A program made the translations under genes and the position numbers. A DNA stretch of 64,000 nt, taken from an uncultured Bdellovibrio sp. (GTDB lineage: Bacteria > Bdellovibrionota > Bdellovibrionia > Bdellovibrionales > Bdellovibrionaceae). The notes beneath the pieces were generated by a model. That model was not told the origin of the DNA. It searched no databases and saw nothing but the letters and a program-made list of their open reading frames with translations. Positions 1 to 9,117 of the stretch are shown in pieces. The stretch lies in assembly GCA_963932905.1 (NCBI GenBank), contig CAWVRN010000011.1, forward strand, positions 53,187 to 117,186, read 5' to 3'. Numbering within the stretch: the first letter of the stretch is position 1; each line of letters opens with the position of its first letter.

Positions 1-568
1 TATCCTGAATTTCCACGGCCACCGATTTTTGATTTGTGAATGTGCTACTACGGAGCTGAGTCAGTATCGTCGGCGCTGTAGTGTCCTTCGGAGAAGAAGG
101 GCGATATATTCCAAGGGTCAAAGACGAAGTAGGCAGTCCTTTATATTTGATAACTAAGGAATTGCTTAGCTCGGGTTTCACAGAGATTGAAACAGCGACT
201 ACGTTTCTATTGAATGCATTGGCATCGACCACTTTTTTTCCGTTCCAAGTGATTTCTGCGTATTCTACACGAAACAACTCTCTATAGAGAAGGTTGGCGA
301 GATTCTTAAGGCCGCATGATAATCTTTGAAATAGTCCGCCCGTGCAGACGACATTTTCATGATTCTGGCCATCGGCGTTTTTTATCTTAATTATGAAATC
401 ATTTTTGATTGCGTCTGAAGTGACACCTACTGTCTCGGTAACTTGATTGACCGATTTGAAGGAGCCACGGTAGGTCTTATCTGGAAAGACGTTGACCTGA
501 TCGGCGGTGTTTTGAGCAAAGACGAACTGAGCAAAAAATAGAATAGCGATAGCCGTTAAGCGATACAT
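1..568 (-). CDS. Secreted/surface protein, possibly Ig-like repeat containing (partial, runs off the window edge)
   Basis: Manual translation MYRLTAIAILFFAQFVFAQNTADQ... has a signal peptide and a DTTAP motif; GGGAG RBS upstream; frame stays open to position 1. Confidence 0.7.
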   Translation of the reverse strand, partial: MYRLTAIAILFFAQFVFAQNTADQVNVFPDKTYRGSFKSVNQVTETVGVTSDAIKNDFIIKIKNADGQNHENVVCTGGLFQRLSCGLKNLANLLYRELFRVEYAEITWNGKKVVDANAFNRNVVAVSISVKPELSNSLVIKYKGLPTSSLTLGIYRPSSPKDTTAPTILTQLRSSTFTNQKSVAVEIQD

Positions 569-886
569 GAGATGGCTCCCCTTAAAATTGGTTCGCTAAA
601 AGTCTCGGTGTTCTAAATCCAAGACTTAAGGGAAAACAATTTTTATTATATCTAAAAATGAGATTTTAGGCGGTTACCTCGGCGAGCTAAACTAAATTGC
701 TATATCAACTATTAAACTAGAGTTTGTCATCGCTTCTAATTTGATAAAAGATATCAAATTAGAACACTGGCAACCTTAATAAAAATGAACTTAAGTTTTT
801 ATTGTAAGTGTCGAAAGAATACTTAGGTGAAAACCTTTTACATTCAACGTCTTATCTAGGACACCCATCTTAGATGAGTTTCAAGG

Positions 887-916
887 GGCTCAATCAATTG
901 AGCCTTTTGTTTTTTT
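887..916 (+). terminator. Intrinsic terminator-like hairpin
   Basis: GGCTCAAT-ca-ATTGAGCC followed by a T-rich tract. Confidence 0.65.
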
Positions 917-957
917 GAATATCAACTGCCATGAATAAGGTTATCCGCATCTTGTCT

Positions 958-1497
958 CTAACGGGAGACATGTTGAAAGATGTTAATCACTCGCGCTGCT
1001 AGATCATTCTCTTCTTCGTTTCTAAAATACTCCAGTAAATCTTCACGGGTTATTAAATCGCCTTCTTCTAAGCCGATTGAAGCGAATAATGAACCAGGAA
1101 TCAATTTTGTGATTTTCCAACCTCGATCTTCTTGTCGAATTTCCACCTGTTGTGGAAGTTCAGACCATGCTTGCTCTAAGTCTTCAATATTTTGAGGAGA
1201 GAGTGAAATCACAATCTTATTTTTAATAATTTTAGAATTTGGTTCAGGTCTAGGCTGAGGTTCAATGGCGACAATAGGGGTGTTAAGATTAGTGACAGAA
1301 TTTTTAGGAATTGGATCGGCAATGAATTTTTCGTTTTTTACAGAAGTTGGCTTTGATTTAATTTGGGGGAGAGCTGCTACTGGGATCTTTCTGGTCGTAA
1401 CTTCGCTTTCCGTTTTTTCTCGTTTTCCAATGGAAGGAGAAAAGAAAAAATAGACGACGACGGCTCCGGTAAAAGTTCCTAAAATGAAATTTCGCAT
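958..1497 (-). CDS. Membrane-anchored protein with C-terminal PDZ-like (GspC-type) domain
   Basis: N-terminal TM, Pro/Lys-rich linker, GWKITKLIPGSLFASIGLEEGDLIT motif. Confidence 0.6.
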   Translation of the reverse strand: MRNFILGTFTGAVVVYFFFSPSIGKREKTESEVTTRKIPVAALPQIKSKPTSVKNEKFIADPIPKNSVTNLNTPIVAIEPQPRPEPNSKIIKNKIVISLSPQNIEDLEQAWSELPQQVEIRQEDRGWKITKLIPGSLFASIGLEEGDLITREDLLEYFRNEEENDLAARVINIFQHVSR

Positions 1498-1635
1498 TCT
1501 TTTCTCCTAAGCCGAAGTATAAACTTAATTCAATCAAAAACATGAAATGCCTGCAAGTCTAGATCTTGGATTGAATCCGATTGTGCTTTCGGATAGTCCG
1601 CAGTTTCCTGGCCGACGACAATTATTTTGGTTCAT

Positions 1636-1875
1636 CTACATATTGACGGCCTTCGACAGCTCTTCTGAAACCCGTTTCAATCTCTTGCTCATTCTGACAA
1701 GCGATAAACTCAGTCCGTAAAATTCGTCGGCGTTGATGTCGCTCTTTTCCATATTTCTAAATAAAGCGGCTAAAGCCGATAGCTCCGCACTCAGTTCCCA
1801 GACATAAAGTTCATTTTTGCTGATTACCTTCTTTGAATCAATGCTGTTGTGTAAGAAGTAAACGAGCTGTAATTG
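1636..1875 (-). pseudogene. Helical hypothetical ORF lacking a canonical start (probably 5'-truncated)
   Basis: Open frame ...DSKKVISKNELYVWELSAELSALAALFRNMEKSDINADEFYGLSLSLVRMSKRLKRVSEELSKAVNM*. Confidence 0.4.
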
Positions 1876-2447
1876 TTAAACTTCCAGGAATTCAAAAAAT
1901 CGATCGGCGCAGGTCGGGGCAAATTCCTCCGGCCAGCATGATAAAAGCCATTTTACTATCGGGAGCATCCAACGGTCCTGTTCGAGTGGAAGTCACTGAA
2001 TCTTTGAGAATTCAGGGTGAAACTTTGATTCCCGTAGGCGCAACCATGTTTGGATCTGGGCAGTCCACTGAAGAGCGACTAATAATTAGATTTTCAAAAG
2101 TCATATTTAAAGACGGCAGTTTTGAAGACATTAGTGCACAAGCTGCCGATATTGAGGATAAAACCATCGGTCTTCGTGGATCAAGAGTTGGCAAATACGC
2201 AATGAAGTATGCGGCAGCGGTGGGACTTAATTTTGCCGGAGGTATGGCCGAAGGACTACAAGATCGAGAGGTCGTCGGTCAACAGGTAGTAACAAAGCCA
2301 AGTGCTAGAAATACCTTACTCAACGGTGCCAGCAAAGCGACTTTAGAAATGGCTAATGATTCGATGACTGAACTTAGAAACAATGCACCCATCATACATA
2401 TTCCTGTTGGAACTGAAATCTATGTGATGTTTGAGAGTGGGCTGTAG
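1833..2447 (+). pseudogene. TrbI/VirB10 (TraB-like) C-terminal domain, N-terminally truncated
   Basis: IPPASMIKAILL..., LIPVGATMFG, ERLIIRF and final PIIHIPVGTEIYVMF pattern; no N-terminal TM anchor and no convincing start or RBS. Confidence 0.65.
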
Positions 2448-2765
2448 GCAATAAACGCAGAGGCTTAAAATTGAATTTACAAATTTTGTAGACAGGACTC
2501 GCAACTAGATCGACAATTTCTAACCTTTTTTTAGAATAATGTCACTTATTTCCAAAAAAAGTATTCATGTATGGGGATCGTGCTTGTTTGGCAGCGTCCC
2601 ACTCTGTATGATTGCAATTCAAAAATCCACAAGTGCCTCCGCGAATAGTGAGTTTGAAGTATTAGAGGCAGCGGACTAAGTTTCAAATTATGTTTTGGAA
2701 CTCATCGTCAATTTGAATGACGAAAATAGAGGCCAAATTTACTAGTTTGTTGCTATCATATTTTC

Positions 2766-3722
2766 ATGTCAACATTTGCATTGCAGCTTAAAATCATTCA
2801 AAGTCATCCTCGTTTTAGCATCAATATTTTTTCTGAATTTGAACAAATTGCTGCCGCATATTCCGATGCCGACCTCCTCGAATATTTGCTGCCAATGTTT
2901 TGTTTACCTGATATGTCGGACCAAGTTATTAAAAACATGGAACTTCAAGAGATGGCAACTAACTCGTGGCTAATGTCTCATAAACCAAAGTTTCTGATTG
3001 ATTTAAGATTAAGGCTTTTTACTTCTTCGATAGAGGGGCAATTAAAACTTCTTTTTGATATTTTGTCTGACTGGCTAGTAGCAACTCACTCTGTCACTGC
3101 ACGAAAGCAGGATACGCTAGGAGTGGTATTCAAACATATCGAAACGAATAAAATGTTTTTGCCTCCTAACACATTGGCATACGTCAACGGCTTCAGTAAC
3201 ATTATCGAGATAAGAAACGCCATTTCACACAACTCTTATCTAATCTGCATTGAAACAGTCCCACTAACACCCAATCAACTGGTTTCAATAATTCAAAGTA
3301 AACTGTCAGCTAAGGCGCTGATAATGTTCAATGCGTTCATAGCAGGAGTTCATCCTACTAACTTAGGTAAAACTTTGAAAATCACAGAGTTGATCGGAAA
3401 GGTAATTGGGTTTAAACCTGATATTTCTGTGCTTGAATCGGTAGACAATAATAAATCAAATGTCGTCTATGAGAATTATCCACCTGGAAAATGGAGACCA
3501 ATCACGAAAACAAGTCCAACAATTTCGCTTTCTGATTTAACAAAAGCGCTTAATACATTTGATGAGTTTTCGTTTGCAGCATTTTTTGGATTAATGGCCG
3601 AGTTTGACAGGAGATTTAAATCTGGTAGTTATTTAGAACGATTTTGCGGATGTAAGGCCGCAAATTATTTGTTAATCGGAACAGTAAATTTTGATTGTTG
3701 GTATTGCGGCGCTCACAACTAA
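2766..3722 (+). CDS. Hypothetical protein with HEPN-like RxxxxH motif and C-terminal Cys cluster
   Basis: IEIRNAISH; C-terminus CGC...CWYC. Confidence 0.5.
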   Translation: MSTFALQLKIIQSHPRFSINIFSEFEQIAAAYSDADLLEYLLPMFCLPDMSDQVIKNMELQEMATNSWLMSHKPKFLIDLRLRLFTSSIEGQLKLLFDILSDWLVATHSVTARKQDTLGVVFKHIETNKMFLPPNTLAYVNGFSNIIEIRNAISHNSYLICIETVPLTPNQLVSIIQSKLSAKALIMFNAFIAGVHPTNLGKTLKITELIGKVIGFKPDISVLESVDNNKSNVVYENYPPGKWRPITKTSPTISLSDLTKALNTFDEFSFAAFFGLMAEFDRRFKSGSYLERFCGCKAANYLLIGTVNFDCWYCGAHN

Positions 3723-3937
3723 GAATTGCCTATTATTCTTCATCCGCTAGTAGAATAACCTGACCTTATGGGAAATAACGCTGATAATTAAATAAAAGTA
3801 TCTGATGGAAATATTTGCAATTATTTTCTGTCATCGGTATGCACGAAAAGTGTATGCTATGCCTTTAAATCCAAGTACTGAATATTGTAATCAGGTTTCA
3901 CGACCGCCTAATATATAAACCACAATAGCCTCCCAAA

Positions 3938-5401
3938 ATGAAAAAACAAAACGACCTTCATGAGCGTATTCAAGCGACGCTCAAAAATATTTCGCTACTT
4001 CTTGAACCCATCAAAGAACTGATTCGAGGGATGAAAACCAATACCATTCCCTGGCACATATGCGCGGGTTGGACGGTGGGCTCTGTGTTGGTGCTCTTTT
4101 TTAAAATTGATCTATTCGTTCTTAGCCATACACGGTTCAGTGGTCTGTACCCTTATCATCCAATCCTTTACAAGATTTATGCTTTTTCTTTTTCGACTTT
4201 AGGTTTTTGGGTTTGGGCCTGGGCCGAGGTCAGAAAGAAAAGAAACAAGCTTAAAATTCTCACTAATGCGTTAAAGAACGCCGGGCTTGAGTCAAAAATT
4301 GGCCGTCTTCCCAATCTCATTTCAGATTATCCACTCGATCCTTTGACCCGAAAGATGCGTCTTACCAATGCAGGATTTCCGGTCTCAAGTTTTCGTGATC
4401 AGTCGAAGTATATTGAATCTGAACTTGGCGTTTTCATTGACGAGATCAAAGAAAATCGCGAAAGACGTGCTGTCGACATCATCTATTCGCATTTTCCAAT
4501 GGCAAATGAGGTTTTGTATTCTCAAAATTCAACTGCACGTTCTTATGAATTTCTAGTAGGACAAACAAGAGCCCATGCAATCACGGCGACACTTCGAGAT
4601 ACGCCGCACTTGCTCGTGGCCGGACAAACGGGGGGTGGTAAGTCGACATTTCTTCGGCAATTGATCGTGCATCTTTATATTCATGAGAAGGGATGTAAAT
4701 TTTTACTAATTGATCTTAAAGGCGGTCTTGAGTTTTCGATGTTTGAAAATCGTAAGTCATTCGTAGTTGTTCCTCATGTGCTGGCGGCAGTTGAACAGCT
4801 TCAACATATTAATACTCTACTTGATGAGCGAATGGTTTTCTTAAAAGAAAATCAATGCAAAGACATCGACAGCTATTTCAAAAAAGAAAAGAAGGCCGAA
4901 AAGCCTATCAATTTATCACGCCAGATCGTGGTCGTTGATGAAGCTGCAGAAATGTTTTTGGCTGGTCATCACGCAAAGTCCATCGAGGTTCAAGCCGCTC
5001 GCGCCATCTTGAGTCGAATTGCGAGGCAAGGTCGAGCAGTTGGTATTCATATAATTGTGGCAACCCAGCGTCCTGATAGTCGATCACTTGATCCTCAGGT
5101 TAAAGCCAATCTCACAGGTGTTATTTGTTTTCAAATGATGAACGATGCTTCAAGTATCGCGGTCCTAGGAAATGGACGTGCTACGGATCTGCCAAAAATT
5201 CCAGGTCGCGCTATTTGGAAGAATGGAATCGAAATGATCGAAGTTCAAACTCCGTTTTTGTCTGTCGAAGCGGCAGAGATTCTTCTGGGTGCTCCAGACA
5301 ATGTGCAGAAAGATAAAACAAAAGACAGCCAAGACAATTCCAAATCGGTTTCTTGTTCGAGTGATGCTGACCAAACACTGGATCCATCCCTTACTGAATA
5401 A
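3938..5401 (+). CDS. FtsK/SpoIIIE-domain ATPase (coupling protein-like)
   Basis: Two N-terminal TMs, PHLLVAGQTGGGKS Walker A, IDLKGG, VVVDEAAE Walker B, RQGRAVGIH..ATQRP. Confidence 0.9.
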   Translation: MKKQNDLHERIQATLKNISLLLEPIKELIRGMKTNTIPWHICAGWTVGSVLVLFFKIDLFVLSHTRFSGLYPYHPILYKIYAFSFSTLGFWVWAWAEVRKKRNKLKILTNALKNAGLESKIGRLPNLISDYPLDPLTRKMRLTNAGFPVSSFRDQSKYIESELGVFIDEIKENRERRAVDIIYSHFPMANEVLYSQNSTARSYEFLVGQTRAHAITATLRDTPHLLVAGQTGGGKSTFLRQLIVHLYIHEKGCKFLLIDLKGGLEFSMFENRKSFVVVPHVLAAVEQLQHINTLLDERMVFLKENQCKDIDSYFKKEKKAEKPINLSRQIVVVDEAAEMFLAGHHAKSIEVQAARAILSRIARQGRAVGIHIIVATQRPDSRSLDPQVKANLTGVICFQMMNDASSIAVLGNGRATDLPKIPGRAIWKNGIEMIEVQTPFLSVEAAEILLGAPDNVQKDKTKDSQDNSKSVSCSSDADQTLDPSLTE

Positions 5402-5425
5402 TTTAGGCCGTCGAAAGGTACTTCA

Positions 5426-6307
5426 ATGAAAAATAAAAAACATTGTGAAATTACTGATCGTGATTACAAACTTCTGAGATTTCTCTGGAAATGGAAAGTA
5501 GTTTCAACTAAAGCCCTTGCAAAAAAGTTTTTCTATGAAGCCAATGCTTTCACAGCATATCGTCGTCTGCTTCACTTAGAAAGTGATGGATTCATTGGTG
5601 CCTATCCTGTTGATGGACGATTCAATGAAGCGTGGATTTTGAAAGAAAAGGGATTCAAATATATTCTTCCGCATCTTGGAGATTTACAATCGAAGGGGTA
5701 CAAGTCTGCGAATTATCCCCACGACTTCTTGGCGACAGCTTTCCATCTCGGTGATTGGCTAACCCAGCAGCCAGGAAATACTCAAACCTACAGTGAACAG
5801 CAACTTCGGTGTTATCCTGCGGACCTTTGGCCACCTTGGATACCGCGATCAGCACTGCATAGACCTGATGGGTATTCGGCGTATCAGTCGAGTGAAAAAC
5901 GAGTCGTTGTTGCGTTTGAAGCCGAGATCTCACCCAAGGCCAAGAAACGTTATGAAAGAGTCGTTACTTTCTACGATAACCAACCCGGTATTCATTATGT
6001 CTTTTGGTTGGTTGATTCAAAAGGCACGTTGAATAGTGTTCGACGTAATTTTGAAAAGCTTCAGGTGCGTGAGTGGTCCAAACACCAGTTCATTCTTCTC
6101 TCAGAATTTAAACAGAAAGGCTGGTTGGCTCAGTTTATTGAGGGCAAATCAACAGGTGGAAGCCCTTTTCAGTTTCTTTGTCCGAATCCACACTCAATCC
6201 CCCCTCAATCCTCACTCAGCTGTGGGACCCTGGCACTTCTCGATTCCCGCAGAAGACCAATCAATTCAACAACCTGCCCCTTCAAGCCAAATGCCCAAAA
6301 AGCCTGA
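5426..6307 (+). CDS. Replication-relaxation (MOBC-like) relaxase
   Basis: N-terminal wHTH (ITDRDYKLLRFL); PDG...EAEISPKAKKRY matches the D-x(n)-ExE-x3-K-x3-RY signature. Confidence 0.75.
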   Translation: MKNKKHCEITDRDYKLLRFLWKWKVVSTKALAKKFFYEANAFTAYRRLLHLESDGFIGAYPVDGRFNEAWILKEKGFKYILPHLGDLQSKGYKSANYPHDFLATAFHLGDWLTQQPGNTQTYSEQQLRCYPADLWPPWIPRSALHRPDGYSAYQSSEKRVVVAFEAEISPKAKKRYERVVTFYDNQPGIHYVFWLVDSKGTLNSVRRNFEKLQVREWSKHQFILLSEFKQKGWLAQFIEGKSTGGSPFQFLCPNPHSIPPQSSLSCGTLALLDSRRRPINSTTCPFKPNAQKA

Positions 6308-6434
6308 CATACTTAAGCAGCCTTATAGTCTGCTTGGTCCCGCTAAACCCTATCGCCTCCATATTACCAAACTCACTACCTATTCCTTTTAAAAAATAAA
6401 AGTCTCTAAACAATTAAACTAAGGAAGTAAAGTT

Positions 6435-6839
6435 ATGGAGTTAAAAGAATTAGCGGCATTATTTGTTCTGCCCCTTTTACATAATGCCTGTTCAACTGCG
6501 CCAAAGTCAGTTCTCACTGGGGCCGTCATTGGTGGAGTGGCGGGCGCGGGTTTGGGCCAATCTCAAAATTCTCAAGCGACCGCCATTGGTGCATTGGTCG
6601 GAGCTGGTATTGGATCTCTAATTGGTTACTCGGCATTTAACGATAAACAAAAAAAGTCGGTCGTCAATACTAGTGCTAAAAATGAAAACAAAAACGAAAG
6701 TACCGAGGATTACACACCGTTTATCACAAGGCCTAAAATCAGATCTTATATTGTGCCCGATACCATTGAAGGAAACAAATTTATTAAATCCCACCGAATT
6801 TTCATCTTAGACGACGCGGGGTCTTGGTCAAAAGACTGA
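6435..6839 (+). CDS. Glycine-zipper lipoprotein, TraV-like
   Basis: Lipobox-like NAC, Gly zipper, C-terminal RPKIRSYIVPD...H.IFILDDAGSW resembling TraV. Confidence 0.55.
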   Translation: MELKELAALFVLPLLHNACSTAPKSVLTGAVIGGVAGAGLGQSQNSQATAIGALVGAGIGSLIGYSAFNDKQKKSVVNTSAKNENKNESTEDYTPFITRPKIRSYIVPDTIEGNKFIKSHRIFILDDAGSWSKD

Positions 6840-6900
6840 TTCAGTTTAGCTAGTCAGAATAATTTTTTAAGAGACACGAATTTTTATCAAAGGACAATTC

Positions 6901-8262
6901 GTGAATTTTCAAACACACTTAGGCGACTCACTAGAAATTTTAAAAAAGATTCCCTCAAACTCTGTTGATTCTCTTGTTACTGATCCTCCTGCTGGAATTG
7001 GTCTGCTGGGTCTTGACTGGGATAAGGACAAGGGCGGAAGAAAAGAATGGATCGCATGGCTCACACGGATCATGACCGAGTGCCATCGTATTCTAAAACC
7101 CGGTGCTCATGGATTTGTCTGGGCTATCCCGCGAACGTCCCACTGGACAGGAGCGGCGTTGGAAGATGCTGGCTTTCAGGTTAAGGATGTCATCACCCAT
7201 ATCTTTGGAAGTGGCTTTCCTAAAAGTGTTGCAATTGATAAGGCCATCGACCGAGCAAAATACACAAACACAGATGAGCTTTTCAAAGTGACCGATTGGA
7301 TCAGATCACGACGCAATGAACTTGGCATCACCAACAAACAGCTCGATGAAATAGCCGGAGTTAAAGGCGGAGCTTGTCATTGGACAGCGAAACTTCCACA
7401 TCGACAACCACACATTCCAACAAAAGAGCGATGGGAAAAATTGGAAGCTGTTTTGGGTCCAGCACCAGATTGGGTGAACGGCATGATCAGGCCTTCCCAT
7501 GAACTCGGTGAGAATTGGTCCAAACGAAACGTTGTTGGGCAGTATAAAAAAGATGCAGGTGGAGTTGGAGGTGTGGCTTTTAAAAGTACACATAACAGTA
7601 TGACCGAGCCAGTGTCAGATTTGTCAAAACCATGGCAAGGGTGGGGTACCGCTTTGAAGCCAGCAAGTGAACACTGGATTCTAGTCCAAAAACCAATTTC
7701 GGAGCATAATATTGCGGCCAACATATTAAAGCATAGAGTAGGCGGAATTAATATCGATGATTCTAGAATTCCCACAAAAGAAAAAATACCATCTACATCC
7801 AATTTAGATTTTAAAGACGGCAGGTTTATTTGGGAAACTGGAGAGCGAAGTCAAAACTCTGTTTATCATCAACACCCAAACGGGCGGTTCCCAGCTAATA
7901 TCATTGTAACTAGATCAAACGAACTAAACTGTCCCGCACGGATAATGAATGATCAAAGTGAACTTGAAACTGAGGTCGCAGGATATTTTAAAAATTTCAA
8001 ACCTGAAGTTCCCTTCTTTTATAGTAAAAAGCCGAGTAAAGGTGAGCGAGGTGAAAACAATATTCATCCTACAGTAAAACCGCTCAGACTCATGCGGTAC
8101 TTATGCAAAATGGTGACCCCTATGGATGGAACCGTGCTTGATCCTTTTATGGGATCGGGTACCACCGGTGTGGCAGCATTATTTGAGAAGTATAGTTTTA
8201 TCGGAATCGAACGTGACGAGAATTATTTTAAAATCGCAAGAAATCGTTTAAAAGGAGTTTAA
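6901..8262 (+). CDS. N6/N4 DNA methyltransferase (beta class) with inserted XRE-like HTH
   Basis: VTDPPA motif IV variant, HPTVKP, VLDPFMGSGTTG motif I. Confidence 0.9.
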   Translation: MNFQTHLGDSLEILKKIPSNSVDSLVTDPPAGIGLLGLDWDKDKGGRKEWIAWLTRIMTECHRILKPGAHGFVWAIPRTSHWTGAALEDAGFQVKDVITHIFGSGFPKSVAIDKAIDRAKYTNTDELFKVTDWIRSRRNELGITNKQLDEIAGVKGGACHWTAKLPHRQPHIPTKERWEKLEAVLGPAPDWVNGMIRPSHELGENWSKRNVVGQYKKDAGGVGGVAFKSTHNSMTEPVSDLSKPWQGWGTALKPASEHWILVQKPISEHNIAANILKHRVGGINIDDSRIPTKEKIPSTSNLDFKDGRFIWETGERSQNSVYHQHPNGRFPANIIVTRSNELNCPARIMNDQSELETEVAGYFKNFKPEVPFFYSKKPSKGERGENNIHPTVKPLRLMRYLCKMVTPMDGTVLDPFMGSGTTGVAALFEKYSFIGIERDENYFKIARNRLKGV

Positions 8263-8263
8263 C

Positions 8264-8662
8264 ATGAGCGAAAATGAATTAGAAAAAAAGCCAAACCTGA
8301 AATATGAGCATATTGCCCTATCTGAAACTTCGAGTTTAAAAATTAATAACTGGTTAGATCAGGTCGCGCTAAAGAAAAAAGGTGTTAAGATAACCAGAAA
8401 ACAATTTGTTAATTGGTTGATTGAAAAAATGCCTGATAATTTAAGCGGTGGCGATTTAGCATCACTTATTGATCGTTTCTATGACGAAGTGAAATTTTTA
8501 CGGCATTTATTGCGCGAGGCAAATCAAGCTAAAGCCGAAGGCAAATCTGAAACCGGATACGAATTCGTGGTTAAAACTAAAAGACAGGAAGTTAAGCGCG
8601 AGCTAATTGAAGACCAGTCCGAAGGGGATTCTGATCCTGTGTCTGAGTCCACGCTAAGGTAA
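8264..8662 (+). CDS. Hypothetical protein (possible DNA-binding)
   Basis: 132-aa ORF starting 1 nt after the MTase stop, AGGAG RBS. Confidence 0.6.
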   Translation: MSENELEKKPNLKYEHIALSETSSLKINNWLDQVALKKKGVKITRKQFVNWLIEKMPDNLSGGDLASLIDRFYDEVKFLRHLLREANQAKAEGKSETGYEFVVKTKRQEVKRELIEDQSEGDSDPVSESTLR

Positions 8663-8695
8663 AAAAATCCGTTTTTAGAAAATTAAATCGATACA

Positions 8696-8738
8696 AATTA
8701 AAAGCCCGATGTGCAGATGCACAAAGGGCTTTTTAATT
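8696..8738. repeat. Long imperfect inverted repeat
   Basis: AATTAAAAGCCC-gat-GTGCA-ga-TGCAC-aaa-GGGCTTTTTAATT. Confidence 0.75.
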
Positions 8739-8796
8739 TGATCTAAGCATAGCCATTTTAAGATGCACTGGACTCTTTTTCACAGAGAGTTAAATT

Positions 8797-9117
8797 ATGT
8801 CTAACGAAGAAATTTCGGATCTTGGGCGATATTGCAGTAAATGCAGTTCGTTTAAATCTTGGGATCATTTTGATAAAAAGTCGACGGGTATTAATGGAAG
8901 GCATAGTAGATGCAAATCATGTATAAAATTTCAAAAGAAAAAATGGTGGAGAAAGAAGAATACTCGAAAAATTTCATCGCCAGAGGTTTTGATATATTCC
9001 AAATCCGATTTAGAAATTTTAGAAATTCCTCTCATAGGTCAGGAAAAACGAGATTTAGAAAATATTTTCCGTCGCTTGATATTTCAATCTTTGATTTCAG
9101 AAAAGGAGAATAAGTAA
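8797..9117 (+). CDS. Small zinc-finger protein
   Basis: CSKC...CKSC; stop overlaps the recombinase start (TAATG). Confidence 0.65.
   Translation: MSNEEISDLGRYCSKCSSFKSWDHFDKKSTGINGRHSRCKSCIKFQKKKWWRKKNTRKISSPEVLIYSKSDLEILEIPLIGQEKRDLENIFRRLIFQSLISEKENK

Noticed and set aside
2570..2680. Structured ncRNA (type III antitoxin or retron-like) before the HEPN-like gene
   Set aside because: Only weak stems; no tandem repeats and no reverse transcriptase
6036..6399. Alternative-frame ORFs over the relaxase end (programmed frameshift)
   Set aside because: The relaxase frame is complete and the alternative products are low-complexity
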